Shown here in pieces: positions 1 to 8,176 of a DNA stretch of 24,000 nucleotides. The stretch lies in the NCBI RefSeq assembly GCF_036846085.1, contig NZ_DAIUCO010000018.1:12584-36583 (forward strand), written 5' to 3'. The notes below the pieces were generated by a model. It saw only the letters and a program-made list of their open reading frames with translations. It did no database searches and had not been told where the DNA came from. The DNA is from Noviherbaspirillum sp. (GTDB lineage Bacteria; Pseudomonadota; Gammaproteobacteria; Burkholderiales; Burkholderiaceae_D). The position numbers were made by a program, and so were the translations under genes. Numbering within the stretch: the first letter of the stretch is position 1; each line of letters opens with the position of its first letter.

Positions 1-28
1 TGAAATCCTAGGGCATATCAAACACAGC

Positions 29-1510
29 CTAACCAAGCAAACGCGTAAAAATGCGCGTCGCCATCAGGCCTGGTGCGGTGTGGTGGCTGGCCGGCGACAT
101 CAGGCGCGTCAACAGCGCCATGGTCTCCGCCTTGTCGGACAGCGATGCAAGCTGCTCCTCCAGGCGGCGCAGGTCGGCGTTGAATTCGTTGCCGCTGTCA
201 TCGACACCATCGCGCGCGTAGTGCTGCCGAATGACGCCGCGCGCCATCGTGCGGTGCTGCCTGCCAGCCGTCTGCTGGCCGAGCGTATCCAGCAGTCTTT
301 GCTTGGCCTTGAACGTGAGCTGGCGCGGCTTTGCCTGCGGTGCCGGTTCGGCCGACATGTCGCCCGCAATCCAGTCGGCGATGATCTGCTGTTCGTATGC
401 GGTGAATACACCGAACATGTCGGCCCGGTCGCCCTGGATCAGCTTCCAGAAACGGCTGTGGCTCGGGTCCTGGTTGCGCTTGATCCAGCCTGCGTGTTCC
501 AGGCTTGCGAGGAAGTCCGGGATACGTGCCGGATCGGAGAGCCAGTCGTTGACGGTGCGTCCCGCCACCCGGCAATAATCGGAATGCAGGTGCTTGCCGA
601 CCGCGCTCTTGCGTTCGAAAATGCCGATCAGTTCCTTCTCCAGGTCGAACGAGGCGATCACCGACGTGGTGCCGGCGCCCAGCATGTTGAGCAGGTAACC
701 CTCCTTCACGCGCCGGTAGAAGTCCGCCGTGTCGCCGATGCGGGGGCGTGCATCCATCAATCCCTGCAGCGATTTCTGCGCATGGCCGGTATCGGCGTTG
801 TCGACCGTGACATGAAGCGTGAAGTAATAGGGATCGATGCCCAGTTCATTCAATTCATAGGCAGTGATCAGCAGATGCAGGGGGAGCTGTTCATACCCGA
901 GATTGAAGCCGATCACCTCGGGCAGGAATTCGTCCGCATGATGCGCCAGCGCGAGCTGGATCGCACCCTGCACAAAATGCTGGTCGGACAGCTTGTCCCA
1001 TTGCTCGCAACCATTCGACGCCAGCAATTCACGATAGAGCACCACGTGGTTCTTGGTCGGCAGTCCTTCTCCCAGTTCTTCCAGATAGATCCGGATCAGC
1101 GATGCAAAGCGGGCGTCGTTCCATCTCGACAGCACGCCGTAGAGCCATGCACCATCGACCAGCTTCGTCGGCGCAACGCATTTCAGGAAATACAGCGCGT
1201 GTGACTTGTTACGGAAGTAACGCCGTGCGCCGCCGGCCTTGCGGGCTTCGAGATACTCGTGGTACTGCCGTCCGACGCTCTCGGTGTTGGCATCGATCCA
1301 GGACGCCAGCATGCGCATATCGTCAGGCAGGTCGCAATCCAGGCCTTGCGTTTCTTTCAGCTTTGCACGCAGGAAATCGCGCGCCTGTTCCATCGCACCG
1401 TTGTCGGCCTCGGTGTCGAGCAGCGAAAAATACATCGACCGGACGGCGCTTCTGTCTACGTCCTTGTGCACCTCTTCAAGCAGAGTGTCTGCCTTGAAAT
1501 CCTGATACAT
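29..1510 (-). CDS. Heme-oxygenase-like iron-containing redox enzyme family protein (~493 aa), function unknown
   Basis: ORF track 29..1549(-). I prefer the ATG at 1510 (MYQDFKAD...) because AAGGA (revcomp of 1518-1522) lies 7 nt upstream; the longer form adds only 13 aa. The helical motifs IRIYLEELGEGLPTKNH and GYEQLPLH...YFTLHVTVDNADTGHA resemble the paired carboxylate/His ligand helices of the Pfam Haem_oxygenas_2 (CADD/HDO-type) family. The family call is from motif recall, not a search. Confidence 0.7.
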   Translation of the reverse strand: MYQDFKADTLLEEVHKDVDRSAVRSMYFSLLDTEADNGAMEQARDFLRAKLKETQGLDCDLPDDMRMLASWIDANTESVGRQYHEYLEARKAGGARRYFRNKSHALYFLKCVAPTKLVDGAWLYGVLSRWNDARFASLIRIYLEELGEGLPTKNHVVLYRELLASNGCEQWDKLSDQHFVQGAIQLALAHHADEFLPEVIGFNLGYEQLPLHLLITAYELNELGIDPYYFTLHVTVDNADTGHAQKSLQGLMDARPRIGDTADFYRRVKEGYLLNMLGAGTTSVIASFDLEKELIGIFERKSAVGKHLHSDYCRVAGRTVNDWLSDPARIPDFLASLEHAGWIKRNQDPSHSRFWKLIQGDRADMFGVFTAYEQQIIADWIAGDMSAEPAPQAKPRQLTFKAKQRLLDTLGQQTAGRQHRTMARGVIRQHYARDGVDDSGNEFNADLRRLEEQLASLSDKAETMALLTRLMSPASHHTAPGLMATRIFTRLLG

Positions 1511-1815
1511 GAGCTTATCCTTTTCATTTCCAATGCACGCCAGATGCATTTACGATCCGTATTGCTATGCATTCCCCGTGCCTGAACATTCCGTCGAAGG
1601 CAAATCTCCATCGGCAGGGGAAGGTTTGTTCAAGACAAGGCGCCATGCGGCTTGCCGGCCGGGATTGGTTTTCATGGACATGAGGAAACTGCGCGGCTTT
1701 ACCATCGACGCGACAAATTTACATATTGAATGTCCGCATGGCAGGCATTCATGTAGCGGCTCCCCGGCAAAATGCGGTTCCCTCCGGAAAGCTGTGGCTG
1801 CAATGGAATTCGTCT

Positions 1816-2373
1816 ATGATGGCAACCCGAATTCCTGCAAAAAGCGATGACACGATGAATCAAGATTCCGCATCCCCAGACGACCTGCCGGCCGATGAAA
1901 CAGCTGCCGAAGACGGCGTCATCCATGAAGCGCGCCTTTGGCGAGACGACGGCTGGACCGCCCGGGTCATCAAGAATGAAGACGATGACGGCTGGGCAGT
2001 GGAAATGATCAAGGATGGTGAAGCGGAGCCGGCACTGGTCGGCCCCTGGACCATGGGCCGCGACAAGAAAAATCCAAAGCCGCTCGACACCTCCGCGTTC
2101 CATACGCTGGTGAAGACGGCATCGGAAGTACTGCGCCGGCATGAGCAGCAGCTGCATGCGATGCTGCACAAGAGCGTCGATGTCGACACCGGCTCCGCAA
2201 GGATCACGGTCATGCTCGACATCGTGCCGGACGAGGACGATCCGTATGCGCTGCTGAGCGCACGCGACGAATCCGGCGAACAGCTTGCCCAGGTGACCGT
2301 CGCGCCGAACTTCAAGCTCAACCCGGGCAGCGCGGCGAAATGGATTGAAAACGAATTCCGCAAGCCCGACTAA
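1816..2373 (+). CDS. Acidic hypothetical protein (start uncertain: ATG 1816/1819 or 1855)
   Basis: ORF track 1726..2373(+). G/C-rich third codon positions run through most of the ORF. No strong Shine-Dalgarno precedes any candidate start. I recognise no domain. Asp/Glu-rich, with an internal repeat DDGWTARVIKNE / DDGWAVEMIKDG. The stop is 22 nt before thiD on the same strand. Confidence 0.55.
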   Translation: MMATRIPAKSDDTMNQDSASPDDLPADETAAEDGVIHEARLWRDDGWTARVIKNEDDDGWAVEMIKDGEAEPALVGPWTMGRDKKNPKPLDTSAFHTLVKTASEVLRRHEQQLHAMLHKSVDVDTGSARITVMLDIVPDEDDPYALLSARDESGEQLAQVTVAPNFKLNPGSAAKWIENEFRKPD

Positions 2374-2395
2374 GTAAGCAACCGCAGGGAACACA

Positions 2396-3256
2396 ATGAA
2401 CCCGACGAGCATGAACAATTCCGGCCTGCCGTTTCGTTATCCGCGCGTGCTCAGCATCGCCGGCTCCGACAGCGGCGGCGGTGCCGGCATCCAGGCCGAT
2501 CTGAAAACCTGTTCCGCACTGGGCTGCTATGGCATGACCGCCATCACGGCGATCACTGCGCAGAACACCCGCGGTGTCACCGGCATCCACGCGGTGCCGC
2601 CGACCATGCTGGAACAACAGATCGATGCGGTGATGGATGACATCGGGGTCGATGCCGTCAAGCTCGGCATGCTGCACGATCCGGAAGTGGTGCATGTGGT
2701 GGCGCGCGCCATCCGTCGCTACCGGTGGCGGAACGTCGTGCTGGACCCGGTGATGGTAGCCACCAGCGGCGACTGCCTGATCGCGGAGGAAACCGTTGCG
2801 GTACTGGTCAGGGAACTGTTTCCACTGGCGACGGTGGTGACGCCCAACCTCGATGAAGCTTCACTGCTGCTGAACCGACCGGTGCGCGAAGAGGCGCAAC
2901 TGGCGGATGCCGCCAATGACTTGCTGCGGCTCGGAACGCGCGCGGTCTTGCTGAAAGGCGGACATCTCGCCGGCGAGCGGCTTGTCGACCTGCTGCTGCA
3001 GGTCGACGCGCAACCTCTGCGCCTGGAAGGCGCGCGCATCGAAAGCCGCAACACCCATGGCACCGGCTGCACGTTGTCGACCGCGATTGCCTGCCGTCTC
3101 GCCCTCGGCGATTCGCTGGCGGAGGCGGTGACGCTCGCGCATGGCTATATCCGTGAATCGATCGCGCAGGGCGCCGATGTGCGTACCGGCGGCGGCCATG
3201 GGCCGTTGAATCACTTCCATGCGCCGCAAATCCTGCGCAAGTTGCGCACGGCGTGA
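2396..3256 (+). CDS. thiD: Bifunctional hydroxymethylpyrimidine kinase / phosphomethylpyrimidine kinase
   Basis: 286 aa. VLSIAGSDSGGGAGIQADLKT, TAITAQNT and the C-terminal GTGCTLS anion-hole motif are classic ThiD (ribokinase-fold) signatures. CAGGGA lies 5 nt upstream of ATG 2396. Confidence 0.93.
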   Translation: MNPTSMNNSGLPFRYPRVLSIAGSDSGGGAGIQADLKTCSALGCYGMTAITAITAQNTRGVTGIHAVPPTMLEQQIDAVMDDIGVDAVKLGMLHDPEVVHVVARAIRRYRWRNVVLDPVMVATSGDCLIAEETVAVLVRELFPLATVVTPNLDEASLLLNRPVREEAQLADAANDLLRLGTRAVLLKGGHLAGERLVDLLLQVDAQPLRLEGARIESRNTHGTGCTLSTAIACRLALGDSLAEAVTLAHGYIRESIAQGADVRTGGGHGPLNHFHAPQILRKLRTA

Positions 3257-3269
3257 TGGTCGAACGCTC

Positions 3270-3902
3270 CTATCCCGGCAGCTTGAGGTCGAAGCGTACC
3301 GACAGGTAACGCAACGCACAGGTCACGAATACGCTTGACCCGACCGCGACCGCCTGCGATACCGGCAGCCAGTCAAGCACGAGAAAGGTCCAGCAGCCGG
3401 CGAACGAGCAGGTCGCATACAGGTGCCCGCGCCGGAACACCAGCGGTATTTCGTTGCAGATGACATCGCGCAGCACGCCGCCGAAGATGCCGGTGATCAC
3501 CCCCATCATCACGCATACGAACACCGGCATCCCGGCGTCCACGGCCAGCGAGGTGCCGGCAACGCTGAATACTCCCAGCCCCACCGTGTCGGCGATGATG
3601 ATGATCTTTTCCGACAGCCCCGAACGGAGATGCGGCAGGATCGGGGTCGCCACCAGCGCAACGATAAAAACCATCAGGGTGTATTCGTGATGCTCTACCC
3701 AGAACAACGGCCTGCGGTCGAGCAGCAGGTCGCGCAGAGTCCCGCCGCCGAAGGCTGTGATGAAAGCGACGGTAAATACACCGACGATATCCATGTCCTT
3801 GCGCCGGGCCTCGATGAATCCGGAGCAGGCAAACGACAGGATGCCGAGCGCTTCGACAATGTGAAGCAGGGTAGTGATATTGATGCGGATGCCGATATTC
3901 AA
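3270..3902 (-). CDS. UPF0126 / TRIC-type (Pfam Gly_transporter, YadS/YicG-like) membrane channel protein
   Basis: 210 aa and strongly hydrophobic, with a two-fold internal repeat marked by GGGTLRDLLL and GGVLRDVI. The only in-frame start upstream of the first helix is TTG at 3902, with AAAGG 7 nt upstream. Confidence 0.82.
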   Translation of the reverse strand: MNIGIRINITTLLHIVEALGILSFACSGFIEARRKDMDIVGVFTVAFITAFGGGTLRDLLLDRRPLFWVEHHEYTLMVFIVALVATPILPHLRSGLSEKIIIIADTVGLGVFSVAGTSLAVDAGMPVFVCVMMGVITGIFGGVLRDVICNEIPLVFRRGHLYATCSFAGCWTFLVLDWLPVSQAVAVGSSVFVTCALRYLSVRFDLKLPG

Positions 3903-4859
3903 TTGCTTGCCTTTCAGCGGATATGGAAATGCGAATGTGCGTTATTCATTATTTAATATCAGCCTTTGCCATGTTCGGAACTCGTTTCATAAATAACCCC
4001 ATGCAACATTTTGTCACCCCTGTGTAGGGCAAAGCAGGGGTTTCGTGGAGCGAAGGCCCATGCTGCGTGACAGTCCGCGCCTGCAAGCACAGATGCGCGC
4101 TTAAAAAGGGGATTCAGGTTGACGGCGACGAGTGTAGCCAATTCTGCGTTTGTCATGCCGCTTTCGCCTTCAGCGTACCGACTGGGACCACCGGGTCCGC
4201 ATGGGGAAAAGAAGAGCAGTCATCTCCCAATAGTAGCAATGAAAAAGTGACTGCAAGTAGAGTTTGCCGCTCAAGAGTTAGCTGCTATCATCGATCGCAA
4301 CTGCTGCCCGCGCGGCGTCGACTCCGTAGCGAGACCGGGCAATGTCTACGATATCGAGGCCTGCTTAATCTGCCATGGTTGCTCGAACCAAGAAGCGGTA
4401 TCGCATCCCTTCTACTGCGGTAGGCGGCGCTCTTCACGTCCGCCGAATGCGGCAGGCTTCGTCCCGAAGTCTGGCGCCATGTGAAGCCGGCGGGTTGCCA
4501 AGGCAGCGATTTCCCGGCTTGTTGCCTGCAATCGGCAAAAGCGAGGTTCCGGCTTCTTCCCTATTCCGTGCCGCAATGGCAGCTACCGGAATAGACCTGC
4601 CCGCAATGAATTTCAATGGATTTTCGGCTGAATCCCCGGACGCTTTCCTTCGCCGGAATCAGCTTGATCTGTTCACCAGACTGAACCCTGCAATCCATTC
4701 AACCGACGGCCTCATTGCCCTGCATCCCGCCTGTATCGTTCAAGGCGGCGATCGTCAGGCCTGCAGGGTGATGGATGCCGCATCCATGCGTATCCGCCTG
4801 CAGCGGGCGATAGACGCCGCTGTTGTGGTTCGAAATGACATGCCATAAGGACGAACATC

Positions 4860-6671
4860 ATGGACAACGTATCGATCAGAATCCTGTTGATTGACGATAA
4901 TCCCGGCGATGCAATCCTGATCGAACGTATGCTGGCGCAGGTAAGAACGCCGCCAATGGAAGTCAGCTGGGCAAGCAACCTGAGTTCTGGCATCGAGCTG
5001 TTGAATGCGGGCAGCGCCGACCTGGTTTTGCTGGATCTGGGCCTGCCGGAAAGCATCGGCTTGGATACCGTCAGAAATTTGTACAGAAAGGTATCGACGA
5101 TACCTGCGGTCGTGGTGATGAGCGAACTCGCGGACGAGGACATCGCCGTGCAGGCAGTGCAGTGCGGCGCGCAAGACTATCTGATCAAAGGCGAGGTGAA
5201 CAGCGCCTTGCTGATCCGGTCCATCCGGTATGCACTGGAGCGCAGCCAGGCGAAAATTGCCCTGCAACAGGCCAACGACGAGCTGGAGCATCGGGTTCGG
5301 GAACGCACGACGCAGCTGGCGAAAGTCATCGAGGAACTCCATGAGGGCATCGCCAATCGGGAGCTTGCGGAACGCCGCATCCGCTACATGGCGCATTACG
5401 ATGAGCTGACCGGCCTGCCGAATCGGGTGCTGCTGCGCGACCGGATCATGCAGGCCATCGGCCAGGCTCGCTGCTGCAACACGCGCATCGCCATCGTGTT
5501 CATCGATCTGGATAATTTCAAGCACGTCAACGATTCGCTCGGGCACCAGGTCGGCGACCGCCTGCTGCAGGCTGTCGCCGGGCGGGTGCGTCAATGCCTG
5601 CGCAATGGCGATATCGGCGCGCGTCTTGGCGGCGACGAATTCGTGTTGATTCTTCCCCTCGTCGGCGAGGAAGACGATCCCGGTGCGATCGCGCAAGGGG
5701 TGCTGGACGCGCTGGCGCAGCCGTTCTCCATCGATGGCCACATGCTGCATATGGGCGCCAGCATCGGCATCAGCACCTATCCGAACGACGGCAATGATGT
5801 GGATACGCTGATGCGCGCCGCCGATACCGCGATGTATCACGCCAAGGGAAGAGGGCGCGGCAATTTCCAGTTTTTCACGCCGGCGCTCGACCGGGCCGCC
5901 CATGAGCGCCTGGACATCGAGAACCGGCTACGCAATGCGCTCGCGAACCATGAGTTCGTGCTCCATTATCAACCCCAGGTCGATATCAAAAGCGGCGCCA
6001 TCTTCAGCGCGGAAGCATTGCTGCGCTGGCGTCAGCCCGGCAAGGAGCCGGTCTCCTGCGAAGCATTCATCGCGAGCGCCGAGGACACCGGATTGATCCT
6101 GCCGCTCGGAGACTGGGTATTGCGGCAGGCATGCAATCAGCTGAAGCTATGGCGCGCCGAGGGTCATGCCGATCTACGGATCGCAGTCAACCTGTCGCCG
6201 CTCCAGATAGGCCGGCCCGGCTTTCCGGCGACGGTTGCCCGGATTCTTCATGAGACGGGATTGCCCGCCAATGCGCTGGATCTTGAAATCACCGAAGGTG
6301 TGATGATGCAGCGTAACGAGTTCACGCTTGCGACCCTGATCAGCCTCAGCACGATGGGCGTACAGCTTTCGGTTGATGATTTCGGCACCGGGTATTCCAG
6401 CTTGTCCTATCTGCAGCGTTTTCCTGTGCATGCGCTCAAAGTCGACCGCTCGTTCGTACGCGGCATCGGTCACGATATGAACAACACGACGCTGGTTACG
6501 GCAATCATCGCGATGGCAAAAAGCCTGCGGTTGAAGGTGCTCGCCGAAGGGGTCGAAACCGACGAGCAGGCGAGCTTTCTCCTGGCGCACGGCTGTCCGG
6601 CGGCACAGGGGTACTTTTACGGTGCCGCGGTATCGCCGGCAAATTTCTCCAGGCTCATGATGCGGTCCTGA
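4860..6671 (+). CDS. Response regulator with REC, GGDEF (diguanylate cyclase) and EAL (c-di-GMP phosphodiesterase) domains
   Basis: 603 aa. REC domain: ILLIDDNPGD, LVLLDLGLPE (acceptor Asp) and DYLIKG. A coiled-coil linker follows. GGDEF domain with an intact RLGGDEF and an RNGD I-site 5 residues upstream. EAL domain with EALLRW, DDFGTGYSSLSYL, KVDRSF and EGVET. AAGGA lies 8 nt upstream of ATG 4860. Confidence 0.95.
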   Translation: MDNVSIRILLIDDNPGDAILIERMLAQVRTPPMEVSWASNLSSGIELLNAGSADLVLLDLGLPESIGLDTVRNLYRKVSTIPAVVVMSELADEDIAVQAVQCGAQDYLIKGEVNSALLIRSIRYALERSQAKIALQQANDELEHRVRERTTQLAKVIEELHEGIANRELAERRIRYMAHYDELTGLPNRVLLRDRIMQAIGQARCCNTRIAIVFIDLDNFKHVNDSLGHQVGDRLLQAVAGRVRQCLRNGDIGARLGGDEFVLILPLVGEEDDPGAIAQGVLDALAQPFSIDGHMLHMGASIGISTYPNDGNDVDTLMRAADTAMYHAKGRGRGNFQFFTPALDRAAHERLDIENRLRNALANHEFVLHYQPQVDIKSGAIFSAEALLRWRQPGKEPVSCEAFIASAEDTGLILPLGDWVLRQACNQLKLWRAEGHADLRIAVNLSPLQIGRPGFPATVARILHETGLPANALDLEITEGVMMQRNEFTLATLISLSTMGVQLSVDDFGTGYSSLSYLQRFPVHALKVDRSFVRGIGHDMNNTTLVTAIIAMAKSLRLKVLAEGVETDEQASFLLAHGCPAAQGYFYGAAVSPANFSRLMMRS

Positions 6672-6945
6672 ACCTCGTACTCCTGCCGTGCCGGCGCCAT
6701 ACCCCGTTCATGCCGGTTATTGCGCTCGCGGAACGCGGAAGAATCCTCGCTTCGACGACGTCCCCATCCGTGGTGTCCAGACACGCGGTTACGCCGCGGC
6801 GCGTGCGCTCCTCGTCCCCATGATCCGTCTGTTTCCATAGCCTGCGACCACCGGCCCAGGGCAGGCATCTGCGCGCCGGCAATTCATTAAGCAGTCATAA
6901 AGCTTTCGTATGATTGCGCCAGTTTAATTTCATATAGGCAACATC

Positions 6946-8076
6946 ATGGCATTCGGATTCCATCGCGCGGCACGACGCCTCCTTCTCTCGGCCGCACTTT
7001 TCGCTCCCCTCCTGTCCAGCGCTTCGGCCGATCCCATCGTGATCGGCCAGGCCATCGACCTTTCCAGTTCGAATGCCGATATCGGCCGTGACTATGTGGC
7101 AGGAATAAAAACCTACTTCGACGCCCTCAATGCGGCAGGCGGCATCGGTGGCCGCCAGGTGCGGTACATTGCCCGTGACGACCAGGGCAAGCCGGAGGTG
7201 GCGGCAAAGGAAGTGAGCGAACTGATCGAACGCGACCGTATCGATTACCTGATCGGCGGCGTCGGCGAATCGTCGATGCAGGCGATCATCAATGCGCCCG
7301 CCTTCGGACGCAGCAACCTTACCCTGTTCGCGCCGCTTGCCGCCGCCAATGGACAGCCATCGCCGCGCGTCCTGTTCTGGCGCCCGAGCTATCAGCAGGA
7401 AATACGCTACCTGCTGTCGCATTTCGACCGCCTCGGTGCCAGGACCATGGGCATCGCCTACCAGGAATCGCTGACGAACAGGGAGGCGTACAACGGCCTG
7501 CTGGCCGTCGTCCGCGAACGCGGTATTGCCGTCACAGGCACTGCCCGATTGGCCGGCGACGGGCGTCCCAGCGAAGCGGAAATCAGAAGACTGGCCGGCT
7601 CAAGACCCGGTTTCGTCATCGTCATTGCCGACACGATCGCCACCGGGCTGTTTTTGAAGGAATTCCGCAGGCACGAAAGCCAGACCTTCGTCGCCAGCAC
7701 CTCGCTCATCAATCTCGCCACGCTGCGCGAAGTGGCAGGTCAGAAGGCAATCGAATGGACGGTGTTCTCGCAAGTGGTGCCGAATCCCGCCGGAACGGGC
7801 TCCATGATCCAGTCCGAGCATCTGAAGATGATGCGCAAGTTCCGCGACGAGTCCGTATCCTCGCTGACGCTGGAGGGGTTCGCGGTCGCGAAGGGATTGG
7901 CCAAGGCGATCGAACTGGCAAGGCCGGGCAGCCGCAATGCGCTGCAGGAATTGATGGCGAGGAAAGGGGAGGTCGATCTCGGCGGACTGTACCTCGTCTC
8001 GTCCGCTTCGACCGGCCATCTGTCGCCGTACCTCGATATCGCCTTGTTCCGCAAGGCGACGGGACTGCTGTTCTAA
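6946..8076 (+). CDS. ABC-transporter periplasmic substrate-binding protein, LivK/branched-chain amino acid-binding-like (Peripla_BP_6 type)
   Basis: 376 aa. Signal peptide MAFGFHRAARRLLLSAALFAPLLSSASA. The N-terminus of the mature protein, DPIVIGQAIDLSSSNADIGRDYVAGIKTYFDALNAAGGIGGRQV...DDQGKP, follows the typical LivK-family pattern. No permease or ATPase gene is adjacent. Confidence 0.82.
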   Translation: MAFGFHRAARRLLLSAALFAPLLSSASADPIVIGQAIDLSSSNADIGRDYVAGIKTYFDALNAAGGIGGRQVRYIARDDQGKPEVAAKEVSELIERDRIDYLIGGVGESSMQAIINAPAFGRSNLTLFAPLAAANGQPSPRVLFWRPSYQQEIRYLLSHFDRLGARTMGIAYQESLTNREAYNGLLAVVRERGIAVTGTARLAGDGRPSEAEIRRLAGSRPGFVIVIADTIATGLFLKEFRRHESQTFVASTSLINLATLREVAGQKAIEWTVFSQVVPNPAGTGSMIQSEHLKMMRKFRDESVSSLTLEGFAVAKGLAKAIELARPGSRNALQELMARKGEVDLGGLYLVSSASTGHLSPYLDIALFRKATGLLF

Positions 8077-8176
8077 AGGATCTGCCACATGGAAAAACCG
8101 TGATCCCGTTGCGGGCACCGGTCTTTCCACTTCCCGATGACGGGACCGGAATGGCCCCGTCATGCCATGAACCCGG

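Noticed and set aside
1511-2395. Looked for a TPP (THI-box) riboswitch upstream of thiD
   Set aside because: No CTGAGA ... ACCTGATCTGGATAATGCCAGCG-like elements are visible. thiD is immediately preceded by another ORF rather than a leader.
3959-4156. 65-aa minus-strand ORF (MTNAELATLVAVNLNPLF...) with a faint HTH-like look
   Set aside because: Too short and too degenerate to call, with no RBS. It contains the 4016-4041 hairpin. It could at most be a gene remnant.
3903-4160. Looked for a glycine riboswitch upstream of the UPF0126 (Pfam Gly_transporter) gene on the minus strand
   Set aside because: The family is known to be riboswitch-associated. I could not find the conserved cores (GGAGAG ... 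CACCGAAGGGGCAA ... CTCAGGCAAAAGGAC). Only a vague GGCAAAGGCTG resemblance is present. A cmscan would be decisive.
4378-4392. GGTTGCTCGAACC, and GTGGTTCGAAAT at 4826-4838, both resembling tRNA T-arm/attachment-site fragments
   Set aside because: No surrounding cloverleaf can be drawn, and no integrase or transposase lies nearby. Isolated T-loop-like words are common.
4576-4848. Possible ~90-aa ORF (MAATGIDLPAMNFNGF...VVVRNDMP) ending 11 nt before the GGDEF-EAL gene
   Set aside because: No Shine-Dalgarno, and the ATG sits in the loop of a hairpin. Third-position G/C is ~58% by my count, below the neighbouring genes. No family resemblance. Kept only as part of the gene-poor-region finding.
4755-5903. 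382-aa minus-strand ORF; similarly 80..1204(+), 374 aa, and 18604..19599(-), 331 aa
   Set aside because: Each is antisense to a gene with clear domain motifs (GGDEF-EAL regulator, heme-oxygenase-like enzyme, TAXI/IorA). None has recognisable motifs of its own.
6672-6945. Overlapping minus-strand ORFs of 75 and 83 aa, plus a direct repeat CGTCCCCAT (6759-6767 and 6813-6821), in the GC-rich gap after the GGDEF-EAL gene
   Set aside because: The ORFs are Arg/Gly-rich, one overlaps the end of the upstream gene, and their codon bias is weak. A single 9-nt direct repeat could easily arise by chance in GC-rich DNA.
8137-8163. Hairpin ATGACGGG-N11-CCCGTCAT between the convergent binding-protein and AI-2E genes (possible bidirectional terminator)
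   Set aside because: The 11-nt loop is long and there is no T/A tract on either side. This is not enough to call a terminator.
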